Assembly (NCBI RefSeq): GCF_006345805.1
Contig: NC_043000.1
Location: forward strand, 39,308,001 to 39,372,000
Source: Octopus sinensis
Taxonomy: Eukaryota
Reading direction: 5' to 3'
DNA length: 64,000 nucleotides
Part shown: positions 40,468 to 53,525 of the stretch, piece after piece
How positions within the stretch are numbered: the first letter of the stretch is position 1
Layout: the number at the start of each line of letters is the position of its first letter
Notes under the pieces: model-generated
The model's database searches: none
The model's input: only the letters and a program-made list of their open reading frames with translations
Told to the model about the DNA's origin: nothing
Program-made: the position numbers and the translations under genes

Positions 40468-40472
<5 letters not shown>
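40250..40472 (-). mobile_element. 5' end of a non-autonomous Helitron-like element
   Basis: Minus strand begins A|TCTCTTATTATAAAAGGCAG, a typical TC-start Helitron terminus. Confidence 0.5.
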
Positions 40473-40554
<82 letters not shown>

Positions 40555-40655
40555 TGTATATATATATATATATATATCATTTACTTATTATTTAATTGAA
40601 CTCCAGACATCCATTTCCAAGTACGTTTATATACATGTGTGAGTGTGTGTGTGCT

Positions 40656-40733
<78 letters not shown>

Positions 40734-41096
40734 AGTATGTATATGTATATATATTTATATGTATCTCTGTGTGTGTATGAGTGTGTGTTTGTCACACACA
40801 ACCACTCGACAGATGGTGTTGGTAGGTTGATGACCCTCGAAAGTTAGCGGTTCGGCAAAGGAAAACGTTAGAATATTTACCACGGTTTAAAAAGATGTTT
40901 TGGAGTTGATTTATTCGATTAGAACCTTTGCATGCGGTGCTACAGCATGGCCGCAATCTATTTCTGAAACAAGTAAAAGAATAAAAAATATATATAGTGT
41001 ATGGATGCGTGAATGTTCATGGCCTGGCAGTTAGAGCATCGGTGTTTCATTGATGAGGTTGTCAATACTTTTATACACACACACACACACACACAC

Positions 41097-41129
<33 letters not shown>

Positions 41130-41213
41130 CATATATGGGTATATATATATGTATGTATGTATATAGAGACATATATGGGTATGTATATACATATATATAT
41201 ATGCTGCATATAC

Positions 41214-41266
<53 letters not shown>

Positions 41267-41385
41267 AAGATTCAAATGAATATGGTACTTAACTTAGATG
41301 CACCAGAATTTTTTTATGGTATTACCCATAAAATTATGTGGGGTGATTATAACCAAAAAATAAGCAACAAGAATGGATCGGTAGT

Positions 41386-41468
41386 TTAGTACAATTGTTT
41401 CATACTATAACAATTTATCAAAGCTGCAAATATTACAGCAAATATAATGTTAAGTAATCTTCAGCTAA
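41386..41468 (-). ncRNA. Type I hammerhead ribozyme with 56-nt stem II
   Basis: ttag CTGAAGA (56-nt imperfect hairpin) GAAA caattg TA ctaa; U.U at the base of stem II. Confidence 0.7.
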
Positions 41469-41754
41469 TTTCATATAGGTTTTCCAAACATCTTAGAGAG
41501 TGTAAATGTACATATAAAGATATAGATGTGAGCTCCAGGAACTTGAAGCAAGATTCCAAGCAGGCCATATATGCTTTCCAACAATACAAAGTTCTTCAAT
41601 TAAATTTAATTATATTTGCTGTAATATTTGCAGCTTTAATAGATTGTTATAGTATGAAACAATTGTAGTAAACTACCGATCCATTCATGTTGCTTATTTT
41701 TTGGTTATATATATATATATATGAGTCACAATTTATGGATCAAATTAGTTCCGG

Positions 41755-41990
41755 ATTACGGTAATCAATCGGTATATCACGGTTCACTTATCGCGTTTTA
41801 TTATTGAAGCGTACATCGATTCCTTCATGGTGCGTTTAGCATTTATAATGAAATAAATTTATACATACTATTGAATTAACTAAAAGACATATACAGTCTA
41901 TTACTGTTTCTACTTCACGGATTTTCACCTATCGCGGTGTATTTTGGGTCGTAACACCCGCGAATATCGCGGGTGTTACGACCCGCTTCT
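41755..41990. mobile_element. Degenerate Tigger/pogo-like MITE relic
   Basis: TATATCACGGTTCACTT...TTTTCACCTATCGCGG...GTAACACCCGCGA resembles Tigger-type MITE internal motifs. Confidence 0.4.
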
Positions 41991-42171
41991 TAAAAGATCA
42001 TTGCACAAAAAATGTAGCATATTCAGTAAGATAAAAGGAACGACGATAAAGGTTGTATGAAGTCATAAATGACGGAGAAACTTTAAAAATAATGCAGTCA
42101 TGTAAGTTATTTATTATTAAATATAATAATAAACACTATTTACACGTTTTTGAAGTTACGAATCAATTTGT

Positions 42172-42252
<81 letters not shown>

Positions 42253-42479
42253 CATATATATATATATCCTGTGTATATATATGCATATGTATATATCTGT
42301 GTATATGTGCATATATATATATGTAAATATATAAACGATGTATGTTTTCATATATATAAACATATATATATATATATATATATATAAACATACATATTCG
42401 TTTATATATTTACATATATATATATATGCATATATACACAGATATATACATAAGCATATATATACACACGTTAATTTTT

Positions 42480-43490
42480 CTTTTTTTCCTGCCTTTAACC
42501 CTCCAACGAGGAGTATAGGCCACATATAGTTGAATTCCATGTCGCATAATTTTTCGCTTCTGTACATATACTCTGCCATGAATGTCCCCCCTTTCTCCAA
42601 TTCCTTTTCTGTTGATCTCCGCCACGTGTTCTTAGGCCTACCTCTGTTTTTATATCCATCTGGATTCCACTGTAAAGCACTTTTCGCTACATTTGGTATG
42701 TCTTTTCTAATTGTGCTACCAACCCACTTCCACTTCTTAAGTATTTGCTCCCTAATCGAAACTTCATTTGTTCTTTGCCATAGCTCCATATTGCTTATGT
42801 GTTCGGGCCATCTAATTTTAAGTATACTACGCAAGCATCTGTTGATGAATGATTGTATTTGCTTATTTGACTTAACTGTTGTTCGCCATGTCTCAGCCCC
42901 ATACAATAACGCCGCTTTTACGTTAGTGTTAAACATTCTTATTTTGTTCTTTATTAAAATTACACTTGCGATCCTTGCCTTACTTATTCTCGTCTTAATA
43001 TGTTCGTCGGTGCCGCCTGAAAACGTTATCTTACTACATAAACGTTAACTCGGCTACATCCACCGGTTTCTAGTTTAATACATTCGCTGTTTTCTTCATT
43101 AACGTGCATAATGTTTGATTTGTCGCGGTTGACTTTCAATCCTAGTTTGGCGGCTATTGCTTCTAATTTTGACGTTTTATTTTGCATTTGGCTATATGTT
43201 TGTGAAAGTAGCGATATATCATCAGCAAAGTCGAGATCTTCTAGAGCTTCTGCATCCGTCCATTCAATGCTTGTTTGGCTTTCAATCATAGTTTCCTTCA
43301 TAATCCAATCTATGACGAGTAGAAATAAAAAGGGAGAAAGTATACAGCCCTGTCGAACTCCTGTTTTTACTTCGAATTTATCCGTTGCTCCGTTTCCATG
43401 CAAGACTCGGCATGTCATTCCTTGGTAAGTTGCTCTTGTTATAGATATATACTTGTCTGGTATGCTGCATAATTTTTCCATAAGCCTTCC
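42480..43490 (-). mobile_element. 5'-truncated RTE LINE (RT C-terminal half)
   Basis: [51 protein letters not shown]. Confidence 0.9.
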
Positions 43491-43789
43491 ATATATATTT
43501 ATATATATATATATATACATTAAATTTCTCTCTCTCTCTCTCTCTCTCTCTCACCCCAAATTCCTCCTATCTTTTTACACTCTAATACCTTTTTCTCTCT
43601 ATCACCCTCATCTCCCTATTCCTACTTTCAAACTATCTTGACTGACCACTAACTTGTACACTTTCCCTTATTATCTTTCTCCTTGCTTTTATTTTTTATT
43701 TTTTATTTCTTTTCTTCATTGCAGGTATTTTTGCAGTCCTATGCTGGTTATTTTATAATAGTTTTCAGCTGTATAAGGCCTCTACCACC

Positions 43790-44045
43790 TTCTATACGTT
43801 GTATATATATATCCTTTCTATGTCAGATTTTGGGTGGTACATCGTAGATCCTGTCATTATTTTTCTTGTTTTCCTATCTATTTTGGTTAGTTCATTTAGT
43901 GTCCAGTTAAGGATATTGTAGCTGTAACTTATAACTGGGACGGCTAAAGCGTTATTACCTATTATCTTGTCTTTAGCATTGAGCTCTGTTTTTAGTATTG
44001 ATCTAACTCGTCTATAGTATTCTTTCTTTATTTTCTCTTTCAATT
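43790..44045 (-). mobile_element. Internal fragment of an R4/Dong-like LINE next to (GAA)n
   Basis: KEYYRRVRSILKTELNAKDK...NALAVPVISYS...YHPKSDIERIY, homologous to 22028-22465. Confidence 0.8.
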
Positions 44046-44129
44046 GTGTGTGAAGAAGAAGAAGAAGAAGAAGAAGAAGAAGAAGAAGAAGAAGAAGAAG
44101 AAGAAGAAGAAGAAGAAGAAGAAGAAGAA

Positions 44130-44476
44130 TGCAGTATCAGGCAATGGCTCTCATGGCTTCTGATCTTAACTGATTGTAAGTGTTATCATGTACATTGTTT
44201 TGTCTTGGTATAAAAGATAGGCTACCGCAAATATTCTGCTCATTACCACAGATTTGCTTGTCAGTTGCTTGACCTTAACCAGTTAAGCATGTCCCTTGGT
44301 GGCTCACCATATGTGCATCTCTGATCACGAGCAGAAGTAGTGGGGGAGCATCATAACCATGTATTGAGAGGGGATTCTTTGTGGTTTGAATAATTCACCT
44401 CTGGAAACATGGGTATACTGGGCTTCGTATATTTTACCCCAGTGTAACTTTAATGGCATGCACTGCTCTCTCACTC

Positions 44477-44544
<68 letters not shown>

Positions 44545-44545
44545 G
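44130..44545 (+). mobile_element. SINE-like repeat ending in (AAT)n
   Basis: Non-coding unit between (GAA)n and (AAT)n ending GCACTGCTCTCTCACTC(AAT)n; family assignment from recollection only. Confidence 0.4.
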
Positions 44546-45120
44546 TACTTTTTTCGCAAACAATTTTATAAATGATAAGTTATACGTTTTTAGTTTTGGA
44601 ATTTTTTATTTTTTATTTTTATTTCATAAATATTTTCGGAATGATATCTATAATATTTATTTAAGTAATAATGGAGTAATTTATTCATTTATTTATATGT
44701 TTATTGATAGAAAAAATATGGATTTGTAATTGCTATATGTGTTGATTATAATTTAGATACATACTTTTATATAATTTTATAATTTTACTATTTTATAATT
44801 ATTAGATGTGAGCTAAAATCTAAAAATGTTAAGTGTGATTGTTTTGTAAAATAGTTTGGCAATTAAATATTAGAGTATAGCTACGGTAAAGATATTTTAA
44901 AGTGTATTAATGTTTTTTCTTAATGCTTAATTATATCTTAGTAGATAAATACATTTTTCTATCTATTTACTCTCCTTTTACTCTAAATATTTAACATGAT
45001 AAATGTATTATAGGCACCTAGTCCTAATGTTTTAAGTTTCAAATTTAATTAATGGAGTTTCTTCTATTAAGAACAATCATGATTTTTATTTCTTTAAGAA
45101 ATATTGTTTAATTCTATTTT
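44545..45120 (-). pseudogene. Possible highly decayed Penelope-like ORF relic
   Basis: Weak motifs FLDFSSH (RT thumb-like) and KN..YKIVC (GIY-YIG N-term-like) in broken frames. Confidence 0.3.
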
Positions 45121-45208
45121 CTTCTTCTTATTATTATTATTGTTGACCTGAGGAGTGATGCTGATCGGCTTAAGCGAGGCAGGGTCATTGTTTATTTATA
45201 ATACATTC

Positions 45209-45256
45209 AGGCCTGCTGATGAGTACGTAAGTATGAAATCACTGTGATACAGGTCT
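45209..45256 (+). ncRNA. Type I minimal hammerhead ribozyme, copy 1
   Basis: aggcctg CTGATGA gtac gtaa gtat GAAA tcactgtga TA caggtct: 7-bp stem I, GNRA-capped stem II, palindromic stem III, AUA site. Confidence 0.8.
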
Positions 45257-45691
45257 ATATTTTTTTAAATGTCTTACTTTGAAAAATTGCATTCGGTGGG
45301 ATTAGTAATATTTTTGGTAGAAATTACTAATTGTCCCTCTTAGCGTGTGGCTTGTATGTATAATGCCTTCTGGCATGTATGTATAATGCCCTCTCTATAT
45401 ATAAATTAATATGTTCAATAAGAAATAATTATTTTCGAAATTTTTTCTCTTATGAGGTTTTCACGCTATCTACCTGACAATTTCTTGTTAAGTTTTCCTT
45501 ATTAAGTAGTTGTCCTTAATTGCTAAATTTTTATTCCGAAAAAACTTTTCCTCTCCCGAAATGCAATTCGTAAAAGTTTGCCATTTATCCGGATGTAATA
45601 TATGTAAACTCACCCATGTGCTTCGTTGATGTTGATCAGTTAGCTGATCGGCTTAAGCGAGGCAGGGTCGTTGTTTATTTATAATACATTC

Positions 45692-45739
45692 AGGCCTGCT
45701 GATGAGTACGTAAGTATGAAATCACTGTGATACAGGTCT
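45692..45739 (+). ncRNA. Type I minimal hammerhead ribozyme, copy 2 (identical)
   Basis: Same 48 nt as 45209-45256. Confidence 0.8.
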
Positions 45740-46264
45740 ATATTTTTTTTAATGTCTTACTTTGAAAAATTGCATTCGGTGGGATTAGTAATATTTTTGG
45801 TAGAAATGACTAATTGTCCCTCTTAGCGTGTGGCTTGTATGTATAATGCCTTCTGGCATGTATGTATAATGCCCTCTCTATTTATAAAAATTATATATAT
45901 ATATATATATATATACATAAATATAAATATATACCTACTTATACACTACTTATACATCAATACATACAAATGCAGACATGTATGCGTGTGTGTATATAGC
46001 CTTGACATTAATGTTGATGATGATGTTGTTTTCCCGCATGTAAAAATATCTGCCCTGATTTTTGGCTAAGAAGCCAGCAGCGGTTAATGTTAAGTCAAGT
46101 GTAACAGCAGTTAAGATGCTATTCACCAACTGTGTAATAAATCTCAGAAACGACTCTTGTTTGACAGATTTTAATTTCAACATTCTACCCGCGCCCGAGT
46201 ACACACACATTCTAACACAGGTAAACACACAGGTGCCTCAGACCAACAATTACTGCTTTATCGT

Positions 46265-46660
46265 GTCCACCCGAAGGTGGGGAGGTGGTAGAGTCATCGT
46301 TAGAACGCTAGATGAAATGCTTAGCGGTAATTCGCCCGTCGATACGTTCTGAGTTCAAATTCCACCGAGGTCGACTTTGCTTTCATCCTTTCGGAGTCGA
46401 TAAATTATGTACCAGTTACGCACTGGGGTCGATATTATCGACTTAATCCGTTTGTCTGTCCTTGTTTGTCCTCTCTGTGTTTAGCCCCTTGTGGGTAGTA
46501 AAGAAATAGGTAATTCGCCCGTCGATACGTTCTGAGTTCAACCTCCGCCGAGGTTGACTTTGCCATTCATTCTTTCGGGGTCGATAAATTAAGTACCAGT
46601 AAAACACTGAAGGTTTATGTAATCGACTTGTCCCCTCCCCCAATTTCCAGGCCTCCTACC
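46265..46660 (+). mobile_element. SINE family 2, one full and one partial copy
   Basis: tRNA-like head GGTGGTAGAGTC...GAGTTCAAATTCC, core CTTTCATCCTTTCGGAGTCGATAAATT, tail GCCCCTTGTGGGTAGTAAAGAAATAG. Confidence 0.8.
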
Positions 46661-46949
46661 TTTAGTAGAACTATATAGCTTGTCCACCCAATATCTTGTT
46701 ACTAATATTCCTGGCTATTTCCTGAGAATTTCCAAGTCTAAGTTCGAATTCTGCCAATGCTAACATTCACTTTTAACGTTTTAGTGTCGATAAAATAAGA
46801 TGCAGGTTCATAATGGGGTTGAAATAATAAACAAGCAAACTCCCACAAGAGTTCAGGCCCCTTGTATCTATGGCTTTTTGTTCACTTTGAGGAAGCCTAT
46901 TCCTCCACCTTTCTCTATCTCCCACTCTCTCTTTATATAAATATATAAA

Positions 46950-47371
46950 ATGGCCGAGTGGCAAGTAGCTTGCTAACTAACCACATGGTTCCGGGTTCAG
47001 TCCCACTACATGGCACCACGGGTAAGTGACTTCTACTATAGCCTCGGGCCAAAGCCTTGTGAGTTGATTTGGTAGATGGAAACTGAAAGAAACCCGTCGT
47101 ATATGTGTTTGTATATGTTTGTGAGTCTGCGCTTGTGCCCACCCCCGCCACCACCACCATCGCTTGACAACCGATGTTGGTGCGTTTATGTCCTCGTAAC
47201 TTAGCGGTTCGGCAAAAGTGACCTACATAATAGGTACTAGGCTTACAAAGAATAAGTCCTGGGTTCGATTTGATCGACTAAAGGTAATGGTCCAGCATGG
47301 CCGCAGTCAAATGACTGAAACAAATAGAGGAATAAAGTATACATACATGCATACATACATACATACATACA

Positions 47372-47406
<35 letters not shown>

Positions 47407-47564
47407 GCGTAGGAGTGGCAGTGTGGTAAGTAGCTTGCTTACGAACCACATGGTTCCGAGTTCCGTGGCACCTTGGGCAAGTGTCTTCTAGTATAGCCTC
47501 GGGCCGACCAAAGCCTTGTGAGTGGATTTGGTAGATGAAAACTGAAAGAAGCTCGTCGTATATA

Positions 47565-47627
<63 letters not shown>

Positions 47628-47848
47628 ATGTATGTGTGTCTGTGTTTGTTCTCCCAACATCGCTTGACAACCGATGCTGGTGTGTTTATGTCCCCGTAAC
47701 TTAGTGGTTCGGCAAAAGAGACCGATAGAATAAGTACTAGGCTTACAAAGAATAAGTCCTGGGGTCGATCTGCTCGACTAAAGGCGGTGCTCCAGCATGG
47801 CCACAGTCAAATGACTGAAACAAGTAAAAGAATAAAAGAGTAAGAGTA
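46950..47848 (+). mobile_element. Two tandem SINE family 1 copies (46950-47335, 47408-47848)
   Basis: Heads and tails as in 275-652. Confidence 0.85.
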
Positions 47849-47853
47849 TATAT

Positions 47854-47889
<36 letters not shown>

Positions 47890-48618
47890 CATTACATACA
47901 TACATATACAAACACACATAGACACAGACACACAAACACACATACACACACATATATGTACCACCGTAAAAAAAACAATTGTAATTTAAATTTAAAAGTA
48001 TAAGCCAATCAAATTCCGGCGTTCGTTTCATAACTATTTCGGAAATTAATAATATATTAGTGTCACAATAGAAATTATTAATTCACATGCATCTGTGGAA
48101 ATTAACACCATGTAAACTGATTGACTTGACTGCTTTTTGTATGTATGTGCAAATATTTAATGCCTTGCATAATACTGTGGTATTATGTTGGTCCCTAGTT
48201 TTGCTACTATATTGCTAATTATGTGATATAGGTATTGTTTTATTAGTATTAATGTTATTAGAAATAAGAACAATGATATTGGTAGCATTAATGATATTGA
48301 TAACAGTATTGATGTTAACATTAATGACTTTTTGTAAATTAATATAAGGTAATACTGACTCTATATATCTGCATTGAAGTATGAATATGTCTATGTTCTC
48401 TACGTTGTAATATCTTAATATTAAGTTCAAAAACATTGAATATGGTACATATATATATTTTATTGATTTATATTATTTGTATTATTATGTATATGTATAT
48501 GTGTATGTATAAGAGTATGAGTATATGCACTCATATATATATATATATGTAAATGATTTATTATGGGTATGTACCCACACTTATATGAGTATATATGTAA
48601 TTTGGTTTATACTTTAGA

Positions 48619-48745
48619 ATCTCCGAAGAGGCCTTAAAATATCTTTGTAAATGTCTCATTTTTAACTTCATATTGACATACTATACATGGCTAATATAGG
48701 TAAAATGAGACATATTTATCTGCATGGCCGAAACCGCTGTAAGAT
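48619..48745 (+). ncRNA. Type I hammerhead motif with 100-nt stem II
   Basis: atct CCGAAGA ggcc-(92 nt containing a 12-bp helix)-ggcc GAAA ccgctg TA agat; U4C and one stem III mismatch. Confidence 0.6.
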
Positions 48746-49205
48746 ATATCTATTTATATTTATTTATTTATACCCTCTTATAATGATTGTACTTATTGTA
48801 TTGTATTACATGCAGTCCCACTGCTTGGCACCCGGGCAAGTCTCTTCTGCTATTGCCTCGTTTCCGACCAGTATACGAGAATTGAAAGATATATATTTAA
48901 TATCTATATCTCTCAACAGATATAGAATTTTATTCTCCTGTCTTTATTCTTCTGTCACCTGATTTATTCTTTTATATTCTGTGAACTCTCTGTCTGGAAC
49001 TTCCCTGCATACACGTGGTCTCTGACGATGGAATACCCTGTGTCTGGAGATGCTGACCCATCACCTGTGTTATCCCAGAAACTGAGACATTAATTACTTC
49101 TGCTTATCTATTTTTCACTCATCTTACTCTAATTAAATATTCTAAATGACCTGAGATACTCACCCAGTTTTGGTTTTCATTTATTTTCCTTTTAATATCT
49201 GTCTG

Positions 49206-49258
<53 letters not shown>

Positions 49259-49395
49259 ATATCTATCTATCTATCTGTTTACCTAACTATTTTCTCTCTA
49301 TATATGTGTGTGTGCGTTTTTGAGTAGAGAGAGAAAGGGAGAGAAAAAGATTGGGAGAGATGTAACTATAGATACAGGCACATATAAATGTTAAG

Positions 49396-49518
<123 letters not shown>

Positions 49519-49529
49519 TGATGATGATA

Positions 49530-50762
49530 AATGCATATAATAAGGTGTTAGCCATAAATTCCTTAGTGGTACCAGTTGTTCTTTATAGCTTCAATGTGCT
49601 TAACTGGAATGCCAGTGAAATAATGCAAATTGACACAAAAATCTGCAACCTACTGAGTTGTAATAAGATGTACCATCCAAAGCAGAAGTGGATCGTCTTT
49701 ACCTTCCCAGAGCTCAGGGAGGTCGAGGTTTGATGCAGCTTCAACTTACATACAAAACCACCACAATCGGACTGGCCAAATACCTTGAAGCAACCAACGA
49801 TTGGATGCTAAAACTTGTTGAAAAACATGAAAGACCGAAAAAACTTCACTCTATTCTGAAAGAGAGCAAAAGATTCGCTACTGATCTCTTAGATGCATAC
49901 CAGATTGATCAGGCTGAAGGAAATGCGCCAACTGCAGCTACAAAGAAAATAAAATTAATTGCAAAGACAAAAGCACATGAAAAATTAGCTAGCAGATGGG
50001 AACAGAAACCTCTGCAAGGCAAGTATGTAGCCCGTAGCAAACAAGCTGATGTCGACCAGAAACACACGCACTAATGGTTACGAAGCTCAGGGCTAAAAAT
50101 AGGGAGTGAAGGTTTCACATTAGCTGCTCAAGACCAACGCTTATAAACCCGAAACTACCAAGCCAATGTGATAAAAATTGGAGCTGACCCAAAATGCCGA
50201 TTATGTAACAATGAGATTGAAACAATAGACCACCTAATCTCAGGGTGTAGAGTCTTAACACCTGTAGAATATAAAGCATGACATGACAGAGTCGGCCACT
50301 ATTTACACTGGACAATATGTCGGCATTATAAAATCAAAAACGCTGACAAATGGTATAAACTCCATCCTGAAGCTGTGACTGAGGGAGAAAATGTGTCTAT
50401 TCTATGGGACTTCCCCGTACATACCGACAAAACTATAAAAGCTAATAAACCGGATATTATTATAAAAGATCAGACAAAAAAGGTGTGTTTATTAATTGAC
50501 ATGAGTATTCCTTGCGATCAAAGTATAGCGGCGAAAGAATTTGACAAGATCAGTAAATATAAAGACTTGCTAATAGAAGTTGAAAAAATGTGGCATCTCA
50601 AGGCAACTACAGTACCAGTGATTGTAGGATCTCTAGGAATGATAAAAGAAAAGGTACTGAAACCTATTTGAAAATGATACCGGGCTTACCATCCTTACAG
50701 GGAGTGCAAAAATCGTTTTAAATGGAACGACTCATGTACTGAGAAGAGCATTATCGCTGTGA
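49530..50762 (+). mobile_element. 5'-truncated R4/Dong-like LINE
   Basis: DRLYLPRAQGGRGL, W.QKPLQGKY, CRLC...ETIDHLISGC, ANKPDIIIKD...LIDMSIP...KYKDL...VPVIVGSLG; begins at the (AAT)n array. Confidence 0.88.
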
Positions 50763-51147
50763 AAACAACATCCATTCATGAATTTAGTTAATTATTAATT
50801 TTTTAAGTACATATTTTACCTGTGAATTTTCGTGTGTAATCTGGGAATGCATACAATGAGCTTCTCTGCCCTAGGTGTACGGAAAACACACGGCGAGAAA
50901 CGGAAGAAAATTTGAAGAAAGAAGGAAAAAAAATAATGTTGATGATGGTGATGATGATAATGATAAAAAGGGACAACAAAAGAATGAGACCTCGATATGA
51001 AGTAAATAGAGGATTTTTTATATATGTATTGTTTAGGATAATCAACGGTTTTTCATAGGGTCTATTCCCATTAATAGCCGACGGGAGTGCATCGTAGCTC
51101 TTAGCTACGGCTTTTGAAACTCCGTATGACAACATACTGATTATTAC

Positions 51148-51197
<50 letters not shown>

Positions 51198-51368
51198 ATA
51201 TATATATATTAGAAAAAATGAGGTAATCAGATCGGATGGTTCATATTTGTAGATATTTATTTATATATTACATTTTTTCCATATATATCATATCATTCAG
51301 ATCATATCATTCGGATTAGCGCTTTCTCCCATATATATATATAGCGCTTTCTCCCATATATATACATA

Positions 51369-51456
<88 letters not shown>

Positions 51457-51570
51457 TTCAGATGAATATGGTACTTAAGTTAAAGGCACCATAATTTAGT
51501 ATGGTATTATCCATATAATTCAAAATGGGGTGATTATAATCAAAATCAGCCAGAAGGATATCCAGAGGTA

Positions 51571-51629
51571 ACGCAGTACGATCGTTTCACGTGACTCCAT
51601 TTAAAATGTAGAGCAATCTTCAGCTGCAT
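51571..51629 (-). ncRNA. Type I hammerhead motif, canonical core, imperfect stem II base
   Basis: atgcag CTGAAGA ttgctctacattttaaatggagtcacgt GAAA cgatcg TA ctgcgt; 6-bp stem I, perfect ACGATCGT palindrome. Confidence 0.65.
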
Positions 51630-52379
51630 GAAAATATAGAATTTTGTTAAATTCAAAGGACTCATTTGTATGGGGTTTTTAATCCAAAATCACCAAGAGG
51701 ATAAGGAGATAGACAAAGAACGTGTTTTATCAACAAAATCATAGTTGTAACTGGGATTTTTTCAAAAAAGACACTGTTTATCACTAATTATTTCTGTTAT
51801 TTAGATTTACTTATATGGGGTGGGGTCAGTTTTAATTTATAAGCAAGTTTATCAAATCTAAGAGAAACCAGTGTATCCTTTATGGATAGGGAAAAATAGA
51901 TAGACAATTTAAGTGACAGAGTCATGAGTCAAGATTTCTTTGAAGTAAAGCCATTTGGTTCAGTAAGAATATACTTCAGACAAGATTATAGCAGCTAAAT
52001 TTGCAGGCTAATGCTTATGGGACAGGGAGAATGAATTCATATAGTATCAGAACTTTTACCTACTATAAAACAATGCTATTTGTATATACAGAGATACATT
52101 TTAGAGTTGTTTCAAAGAGCAACAAGAAGAATATTTCTGAATATTTTCAGTATTATCAAAAGATTTTACACAATAGAGGGATAGAGAATATAGAAATAAT
52201 TCCATATTCATATATAGCATATGTGTATGTATTTGTGTATGTATGTGCATGCTTGTATCTATCTATGTTGGTATGTACATGTGTATACTTGCACCCATGA
52301 ATATATATATGTATGTATATAAAGACATATCTATACACGTACATACAAATTATTCATATATATATTCGCTATACGTGTA

Positions 52380-52424
<45 letters not shown>

Positions 52425-53099
52425 ACATACATATATATATACATACATATATATGTACGCTCATACATACTCACATACGCACTCTACAACATATAAATGT
52501 GCATATATAAACGCACACATATATACATGTATGCATATTTGTATATACTTCAGTAAATATATGTATGCATATATGCATACATAATGCATAAATGGATATA
52601 TATATATATATATTTGTTGTGCAAGATTTTTTACGTGAAGTCGTGTGTTGAAACAGATATTGTTATATTTCGGAATGGTCATTTTGCCAGTTTAGCCAAT
52701 AAAAACACAGGCACTATATATTTGGTGTTATTTTGCTTATTTTTTACATTAATCTTAATCTTATCTCAGCCAGAGTTCTTTCGTCCCATTCCTGTGACCG
52801 CATCAGTGGTCCTTTGTTTTCTTCTTTCTTATTTGTGTCTCTCCTTACTAACCGTCAGCCATTTTGTATTTCTATTGTATGTCTCCATTTGCGCATGCTT
52901 ATATCTCTATGTGCGTCTATGTTTAGTTAGTGTGTGGGGGGATGCCTGTAATATTTGTATCTTCTGTTTATATACGTTCGTGTAATTTGTTTTTGTTGTT
53001 GTTGATTTTGTTTATTCTTATTTTGTTCATGTGTTACATCCACTTATTATTATTATCATTACGTATGCTTGTATGTATGTAAGTATAACAACAATACTA

Positions 53100-53168
<69 letters not shown>

Positions 53169-53289
53169 TTTTAAATTAAACAAAAAAAACTTATATAGTT
53201 ATTTATTTCTATTTGTTTATTTATCTGTGTATTTTATTTATTATGTCTTCGGTTTTCTTTATATTGTAACTAGTTTATGGGGATCCTCT

Positions 53290-53525
53290 ACCGTCATATG
53301 TTGTGGTGTGTACTAGTGTTCCATTTCAGTTTCCTATTCAGGCTAGGTTTATCTTCTATTATGTGTGTAGCTTCTGTAATTTGTCTGATTGTTGCATCTG
53401 TTCTATGTGTGGACAAGATTTTAACTTCTATGTTGTTGATTGATCCCCCATGTTCCTGTTCGGCGTGTTGGTACAGAATCGATGAGCTTTTACCTTCCTT
53501 AAGTTCTCTCCAATTGAACATTTTA
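53290..53525 (-). pseudogene. Penelope-like GIY-YIG endonuclease C-terminal fragment
   Basis: SSILYQHAEQEH...VKILSTH...RQITEATHI...PSLNRK. Confidence 0.65.

Larger units (their letters stand above)
45160..45881 (+). mobile_element. Retrozyme-like unit: 239-bp direct repeats, period 483 bp, each with a hammerhead
   Basis: 45160-45398 and 45643-45881 nearly identical. Confidence 0.8.

Noticed and set aside
51078-51135. CCGACGG...cgtagc/gctacg...GAAA ctccg TA
   Set aside because: Two core changes; stems I and III do not pair
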